From NCBI GenBank assembly GCA_017828885.1, contig JAGADP010000134.1:1-50775 (forward strand): 50,775 nucleotides of DNA, written 5' to 3'. The notes under the pieces were generated by a model that was given only the letters and a program-made list of their open reading frames with translations, did no database searches and was not told where the DNA came from. How positions within the stretch are numbered: the stretch's first letter is position 1; each line of letters opens with the position of its first letter. Positions 45,801 to 50,775 of the stretch are shown piece by piece. This DNA comes from Oscillospiraceae bacterium. Lineage in GTDB: Bacteria; Bacillota; Clostridia; Oscillospirales; Ruminococcaceae. The translations under genes were made by a program, and so were the position numbers.

Positions 45801-46778
45801 TTACGGGTCGAGGTCGAAGAGCTGGTGGTAGAAGTTGGCGTAGTCAGTGCGATCCTCCTTCGTAAAGGCGATCGCCGATGAAGGGTGGAGGTTCATCTTG
45901 CCTGTCAGGAGATACTGGATGTCGTAGCCCCATTTCAGACCCTCCTCACGCAGCTTCAGGATGTAGTCCTGATAGAAAGCAAGTACCGGTGTCAGGTTGT
46001 ATCTCGGGTTTTTCAGGAAGCCGAGCAGCAGCTCCATCGCGCAGTTGCCGGCGCCTCTGCCCATGCTGCCGACGGTGGCATCGAGGAAGGATGCGCCCAT
46101 CGAGCAGGCCTCTACGGTGTTGGCAAATGCCATCTGCTGGTTGTTGTGTGCATGGATGCCGACAGACTTGCCGGCGGGCTCCATCGCGTTCAGGTACATC
46201 TTGGTCAGGCTCTGGATCTGCTCCGGGAACAGGGAGCCGTAGCTGTCTACGATGTAGACGGCATCCACATGGGACGCAGCCAGCAGTGCCAGCGCCTCCT
46301 CGATGTCGGGCGTGTTCGCCTTGGAGATCGCCATGATGTTGCAGGTGGTCTCGTAGCCGAGCTCGTGAGCATACTCGATCATGTCGATGGCAGCCGGCAT
46401 GGTGTTGATGTAGGTCGCCACACGTACCATGTCGATGACGCTCTCCTCCTTCGGGAGCAGGTCACGGCGGATGTTGCAGCGGCCGACGTCTGCCATGACG
46501 GACAGCTTCATGTCGGTCTCATTCGTGCCGACGATGCGGCGCAGATGCTCTTCCTTGCAGAACTTCCAGTCGCCGAAATCGTCCACCTTGAAGATGTCGG
46601 TATCTGCCAGATAGCCCATTTCCATATAGTCAACGCCTGCTCTGAGATTCGCCAGATACAGCGCTTTTACAAACTCATCCGTGAAGAAGAAGTTGTTGAC
46701 CAGACCGCCGTCACGAATGGTGGCGTCAAAGACCTTGATGTCTGGTCTGTAGGTCATCAGATTACCTTTACGTTCCAT
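45801..46778 (-). CDS. HMGL-like (DRE-TIM) aldolase / pyruvate carboxyltransferase-domain protein
   Basis: ORF 45801..46826. Start moved to ATG 46778 after GGAGGA. Motifs DATIRDGG, IHAHNN, GMGRGAGN-like (SMGRGAGN). Confidence 0.82.
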   Translation of the reverse strand: MERKGNLMTYRPDIKVFDATIRDGGLVNNFFFTDEFVKALYLANLRAGVDYMEMGYLADTDIFKVDDFGDWKFCKEEHLRRIVGTNETDMKLSVMADVGRCNIRRDLLPKEESVIDMVRVATYINTMPAAIDMIEYAHELGYETTCNIMAISKANTPDIEEALALLAASHVDAVYIVDSYGSLFPEQIQSLTKMYLNAMEPAGKSVGIHAHNNQQMAFANTVEACSMGASFLDATVGSMGRGAGNCAMELLLGFLKNPRYNLTPVLAFYQDYILKLREEGLKWGYDIQYLLTGKMNLHPSSAIAFTKEDRTDYANFYHQLFDLDP

Positions 46779-46962
46779 ATTGATTCCTCCGCTTTTTCGA
46801 TTTAAAGCTTTTAAGCTTTTAAGCACTAAATTGATTGCATATCTATCATAGCACGAATCGCAATAAAAATCAAGCTTTTTTTACTGACAAAGATGCTTTT
46901 TGTAGGGTTGCACAAAATTCTGCTGCCGGATATGGTTGGTTTGTTGCTTTTGAAGTCGGGAT

Positions 46963-46990
46963 GAAAACCAAAGCCGCCCTGCGGCGGCTC
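46963..46990 (-). terminator. intrinsic terminator after the cohesin-gene pair
   Basis: On the minus strand AGCCGCC-GCAG-GGCGGCT is followed by TTGGTTTTC. Confidence 0.65.
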
Positions 46991-47002
46991 TGGATAGGTG
47001 GC

Positions 47003-47824
47003 TCATTTCACTTCGATGTACCCGTCAGAGGTGCTGGCGGTGTAGGTGGTCATGTTGTAATCGCAGATCACGAGCTTCTGGAAGGTGAATTTGTACTTGT
47101 CGCCCGACTTGGCACTGGCCGGTACTCTGACGGTCAGGGAGCATACGGTGCTCTTCTGCTCGGGAACGACGTTCTTGTCGCTCTGGTAGTTCGTTGCGGC
47201 AATGTAGCCGTCCTTCAGGTTGGTAATGAGCTCTGCCTCTCTGAGAGCATCGCCGTTCTCGACCGAAATGACTTCCAGACGGGGATCCACGCTGAGGTTC
47301 AGGATGTAGCTGTTCATGCCCATCGTGGTTTCCGAGATCAGGACCGGGACGGTGACAACATCGCCGGGGGATGCGGAGGCATAGCCGATCGACCATACGC
47401 CGTTGCTGATCATTTCCTTTTCGTCGGGCTCATCGGGCGGCTCCGTGCCCGGCTCGGTGGGCTTTTGGACCGGTTCGTCCCCTTCCGGGTGGAGGAAATC
47501 ATACAGCGTGCCGCTGCCGCCTGCGCCGATGTAGGCGGCATAGATCAAGATCTGCGCGGCATCCGATGCGTTGACAATGCCGTCGAAGTTGACGTCGGCA
47601 CAGTAGGTCTGGTCGTCGGTCAGGCCGCTGCCCTCTCCCGCGCCGATGCTGGCGGCGGCGATCAGCACCTTGGCGGCATCGCTGGCGTTGACATAGCCGT
47701 CGTAGTTGACATCACCAAGCGCCAGACCGTCATCCGCCATCAGAGGCAGACCGGAATTGCAAAGACAGAGCGCTGCCATGCCGACCGCTGCGGCACTGGT
47801 GAGAAGTTTCTTTGTGAAGTTCAT
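47003..47824 (-). CDS. scaffoldin-like adaptor: signal peptide, N-terminal dockerin, C-terminal cohesin
   Basis: MNFTKKLLTSAAAVGMAALCL. The dockerin is GDVNYDGYVNASDAAKVL…ADVNFDGIVNASDAAQIL…LYDFL. A PT-type linker follows. The ~140-aa cohesin-like module is …ASPGDVVTVPVLIS…NSYILNLSVDPRLEV…TVRVPASAKSGDKYKFTF. Confidence 0.8.
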   Translation of the reverse strand: MNFTKKLLTSAAAVGMAALCLCNSGLPLMADDGLALGDVNYDGYVNASDAAKVLIAAASIGAGEGSGLTDDQTYCADVNFDGIVNASDAAQILIYAAYIGAGGSGTLYDFLHPEGDEPVQKPTEPGTEPPDEPDEKEMISNGVWSIGYASASPGDVVTVPVLISETTMGMNSYILNLSVDPRLEVISVENGDALREAELITNLKDGYIAATNYQSDKNVVPEQKSTVCSLTVRVPASAKSGDKYKFTFQKLVICDYNMTTYTASTSDGYIEVK

Positions 47825-47838
47825 GTGGAATGCCTCCT

Positions 47839-48615
47839 TTATGATTGCTGTTTTGACTCATGGATCAGCACGTAACCGTCCTGCGTGTCTGCATGATAGG
47901 TGTTCATTGCATAATCACAGATGCTGAGATCTTCAAATTGCAGAATGTAGCGGTCGCCCGGCGCCGCATTATCCGGTACCTTGACGGTCACAAAGCATAC
48001 CGTGCTGTTATCCTCTGCGACCATATCCTGGTCGTTCGTATAGTTCGTTCCCGCAAAATAGCCGTCACGCTTATTGGTAACAAATGTGGCAGACTTGAAC
48101 GCATCGCCGCCCATCGCATCAACGACCACCAGACGGGGATCAATGCTGAGCTTCATGATGTAGCTGTTCACGCCCTTTGTGGCTCCCTTGACCTTGACTG
48201 CGATGGCAACAGTCTCGCCCGGCGTTGTTTCTATCGGTTCGATCGACCATAAGCCTGCCGAAGTCGGCTTCTCACTCGGATGGAGGAAGTCGTTCAGCGA
48301 GCCGGTACCGCCTGCACCGATATAGGCGGCATAGATCAGGATCTGTGCGGCATCCGAAGCGTTGAGGATGCCGTCCTCGTTGACATCGCCGCAGATCGTC
48401 TGTGCTTCGGTCAGACCGCTTTCATTGCCGGCGCCGATGCTGGCGGCTGCGATCAGCACCTTGGCGGCGTCACTGGCGTTGACCACGCCGTCGTTGTTGA
48501 CATCGCCGAGCATCAGGCCGTCGTTGGCCATCGCAGGCAGAACGGCGCTGCCGAGGCACATTGCTGCCATACCGAGCGCAGCGGTGCTGCTGAGAATTTT
48601 CTTTGCAAAGTTCAT
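47839..48615 (-). CDS. scaffoldin-like adaptor paralog: signal peptide, N-terminal dockerin, C-terminal cohesin
   Basis: Same architecture as 47003..47824: GDVNNDGVVNASDAAKVL…GDVNEDGILNASDAAQIL…LNDFL. The cohesin-like module is TTPGETVAIAVKVKG…NSYIMKLSIDPRLVV…TVKVPDNAAPGDRYILQF. Confidence 0.8.
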   Translation of the reverse strand: MNFAKKILSSTAALGMAAMCLGSAVLPAMANDGLMLGDVNNDGVVNASDAAKVLIAAASIGAGNESGLTEAQTICGDVNEDGILNASDAAQILIYAAYIGAGGTGSLNDFLHPSEKPTSAGLWSIEPIETTPGETVAIAVKVKGATKGVNSYIMKLSIDPRLVVVDAMGGDAFKSATFVTNKRDGYFAGTNYTNDQDMVAEDNSTVCFVTVKVPDNAAPGDRYILQFEDLSICDYAMNTYHADTQDGYVLIHESKQQS

Positions 48616-48685
48616 GTGGAATTCCTCCTTATAGTGAAATTGGTTCTCTCCGCGCTTTTAGGGGCGCAGGAAATAGCATAAATAT

Positions 48686-48860
48686 AAAATGCAGCCTGCA
48701 CCCACGATCTGAAACCCCGAAGGACTGCACAGGAGCAGCCGTATGGCTGCGATGTCCTGAACTGCACAGCATTGCAGCCTTTGCGCAGCATTGGCTGCAA
48801 GCGGGCAGAAAAGAGGTGCATTATGATCTGCGAAGCAAATCGCCCGTGGGGGCTCCCCAC
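48686..48860 (-). repeat. structured intergenic repeat R2, copy D
   Basis: On the minus strand it starts with GTGGGG-AGC-CCCCAC (48846-48860), whose first G is the last base of the TAG stop (48860-48862). TTGCTTCGCAGAT, TTGCAGCC..GGCTGCAA, GCAGCC-ATAC-GGCTGC (48735-48750), CTTCGGGGTTTCAGA. Confidence 0.8.
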
Positions 48861-49999
48861 TACCAGATCTCGTAGTCTTCGTCTACATCATAAACCAGCG
48901 CCGGGATGCGGAGGTTGGTGATGGGGGTGCCGCTCTGGATGTCGTCGTTCAGCATGCGGAACTTGCCGGAGTAGGAGAGGAGCTGCTGCAAGGCACTCTG
49001 CTCGGGTCTGGCCTTGGCGAGGAACTGGAAGACGGCGTCCTCCATGTAGCCGTAGCTGCGCACCTGCGATTTTCTCAGCTCGGGCTGTTCGCGCTTGTTG
49101 ATCGCCGGGATCAGGACGTCGCTGTCCATGTAGCGGATCACCTGATGGGCGATGATCTCCGGGATGAAGGCGAGTGCCTCGATGCCGAGGGAGTGCGTCG
49201 GTGCTGCCTCGCGGACGGCCGCCGTCTGACGATCGAAGGATGCCTTGTCCTTGATCGGGAGCAGCATCCGGATGGTGTACGCGGTCAGCTCGCCGACCTG
49301 CTGCTTGGTGAACGGGCACTGGCGGATGGTCTCGGGCTTCTGGATCAGCAGGATGAATTCCCGGTCGGAGACATAGCCCTCAGTCTTCCGCTCGAGCGCC
49401 TTTTTCAGGAGCGCCGCGGAGATGCCGGGGTAGGCCGTGCCGTTGATGCGGACATCGCAGTCGGGCTTGTCGCCGAATACGGCATAGGAAAGCTCGATCC
49501 AGTAGCAGTGCTTCGTGCCGAGGTACTGCGGGAGCATGTCCTCCACCGCCGCAAACAGATCAAACGGCTCTGCGGCGCCCTTGTGGATGGTCTTGCGGAG
49601 CTTCGGCACCTGGAAGATGTGCTGGTGCCCTGCCACATCGGCGGTGAGCTCACGCGCTGTATCGCCGTCAAATGCGCCGAGCAGGCTGGGGAGCGTTGCA
49701 CCGATGAAATCCCGGACGCCGCTGCGGATGGCCTGCTCCGGGTCGGGTGCAAAGCAGGGGTGGGAAATGACGAGATCCTCGTCAAACCACGGGTGACGTG
49801 CGATAAAGAGAAGCTGCACCCGGAACACCGAGTCGATGCGGCGCACTTCGCCGAATGCGACCTTCAGGCGCAGGGTGTGTTGTTTCCAGAGCAGCCAGTC
49901 GTCCTGCTGCTCCGCCTCCGGGGATGCTTCCCCGATCATGGCAAGGAGCGCAGTCTCGTCAAGCTTGCTCTCAAAAAGCATGGGGTTCTGTGTATCCAT
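48860..49999 (-). CDS. hypothetical cytoplasmic protein (379 aa)
   Basis: ORF 48860..50074. Start moved to ATG 49999 after AGGAGGG; the upstream extension would overlap both divergent promoters. No recognised motif. Confidence 0.6.
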   Translation of the reverse strand: MDTQNPMLFESKLDETALLAMIGEASPEAEQQDDWLLWKQHTLRLKVAFGEVRRIDSVFRVQLLFIARHPWFDEDLVISHPCFAPDPEQAIRSGVRDFIGATLPSLLGAFDGDTARELTADVAGHQHIFQVPKLRKTIHKGAAEPFDLFAAVEDMLPQYLGTKHCYWIELSYAVFGDKPDCDVRINGTAYPGISAALLKKALERKTEGYVSDREFILLIQKPETIRQCPFTKQQVGELTAYTIRMLLPIKDKASFDRQTAAVREAAPTHSLGIEALAFIPEIIAHQVIRYMDSDVLIPAINKREQPELRKSQVRSYGYMEDAVFQFLAKARPEQSALQQLLSYSGKFRMLNDDIQSGTPITNLRIPALVYDVDEDYEIW

Positions 50000-50032
50000 A
50001 AATACCCTCCTGTTCAGTTTGCCTTTGCATTC

Positions 50033-50062
50033 AGTATACCACGAAAAGAGGGGAGCTGTCAA
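50033..50062 (-). promoter_or_regulatory. promoter of the 48860..49999 gene
   Basis: The minus strand reads TTGACA (rc of 50057-50062), 18 nt, TATACT (rc of 50033-50038). Confidence 0.5.
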
Positions 50063-50083
50063 GGCAATGAGCACAGAAATAAT

Positions 50084-50113
50084 TTGACAAGAGTTCCTGG
50101 GCTATGGTATAAT
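50084..50113 (+). promoter_or_regulatory. promoter of the terminal lipoprotein gene
   Basis: TTGACA (50084-50089), 18 nt, TGgTATAAT (TATAAT at 50108-50113). Confidence 0.55.
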
Positions 50114-50143
50114 AAGGAAAATCCATGAAGGAAGGTGCCTGTG

Positions 50144-50775
50144 ATGCGCAGAAGAATGACAGGGCTGTTTATGGCGGCGGTGTGTCTGCTTCTGGCGGGC
50201 TGTTCGCCGAACTATGCCACCAAAGAGCAGGTGATCGAGTATGTCAAAAACACGATCAGCGAGGATACGGCGTTTGTGGAGCAGGAGGGGGAGCATGCCT
50301 ATACCTTCCGCTCTACGGAGAGAGACCTGACATTTACGGCATGTACTTCTGCGGATGTTGTCAACATTGACGGGACTGTCATGGGCTATACGGGGGAGTA
50401 TTCGATCTATACGGATTACGATCCGAAATGCTATGCACTCCACCAGCCCGAAGTGGATGCGCTGCTTGAAAAGCACGGCTTCGAGGTGCTGTCACGGTCG
50501 GACAACACGGAGCGGGGCGAGTTTGACAAGTGGTTCACCATCGTGCTCGACAACAGCACGGCGGACTGGGATGTCCGGTATGCGGATGCGTTCCTGAACG
50601 AGCTGCGGGAGACGGTCATCCAGCCGGAAATGGCATATCATAACGGGCAGGCGCTGGAATATTACTTCGAGGTGCTCTACAAGATCGACGATCAGGTATA
50701 TCAGCGGACAGCGGGGGAGAATTACCAGAACCAGATCTATCCCGACAAGGAGATCGACCTGCATGAGTATCTCCA
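50144..50775 (+). CDS. lipoprotein of unknown function (C-terminus beyond window end)
   Basis: ATG 50144 after GAAGGAAGG gives MRRRMTGLFMAAVCLLLAGCSPNYATKEQ: a signal peptide plus lipobox. The frame stays open to the window end, so it is absent from the ORF track. Confidence 0.6.
   Translation, partial: MRRRMTGLFMAAVCLLLAGCSPNYATKEQVIEYVKNTISEDTAFVEQEGEHAYTFRSTERDLTFTACTSADVVNIDGTVMGYTGEYSIYTDYDPKCYALHQPEVDALLEKHGFEVLSRSDNTERGEFDKWFTIVLDNSTADWDVRYADAFLNELRETVIQPEMAYHNGQALEYYFEVLYKIDDQVYQRTAGENYQNQIYPDKEIDLHEYL

Noticed and set aside
46803-46826. Short tandem AAGCTTTT repeats (3 units) upstream of the aldolase gene.
   Set aside because: Only three short AT-rich units lie in the promoter region. 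This is probably a chance low-complexity sequence, and it is not in frame with the corrected start.

Overview
Chromosomal window from a GC-rich monoderm bacterium. The dockerin and cohesin modules and the gene content suggest a Clostridia, Ruminococcus-like Oscillospiraceae member, but that is inference only. Left to right: two paralogous lipoproteins; ackA, cdd and an XRE-family membrane regulator; a TagGH-type ABC-2 exporter; glgA; an SCP2-domain protein with a histone-H1-like Lys/Ala tail. Next comes an SRP RNA hidden under a spurious ORF start, then a small membrane protein and dnaX-ybaB-recR. After that: a secreted multi-module dockerin protein and a galK-galE-DUF2500-like operon. An 11.7-kb complete Gram-positive type IV pilus locus follows (pilC, pilM-N fusion, pilO, an 848-aa PilX/PilK-like protein, two prepilins, pilD, pilB, pilT). 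The rest holds a MerR/TipAS regulator beside a 790-aa GT-C-like membrane protein; glgP and a GH13 enzyme; a CAP-domain protein; a UAP-type UDP-sugar pyrophosphorylase; two tandem dockerin proteins; an HMGL-like aldolase; two tandem signal-peptide/dockerin/cohesin adaptor proteins; and orphan genes. The most unusual signals are non-coding. One is a ~170-270-nt repeat family with 4 copies in both orientations (33.9-48.9 kb); each copy starts 0-3 nt after a stop codon and carries three hairpins with compensatory substitutions. The others are a second G-rich ~95-nt repeat, two orphan promoter/terminator units (candidate sRNAs), a DnaA-box cluster, and a ~215-nt leader made of six near-perfect hairpins. 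No CRISPR array, tRNA, rRNA, transposase or phage gene was seen. All product names come from motif recognition by eye, not from database searches, and several start codons were moved from the ORF-track coordinates on RBS or promoter evidence.
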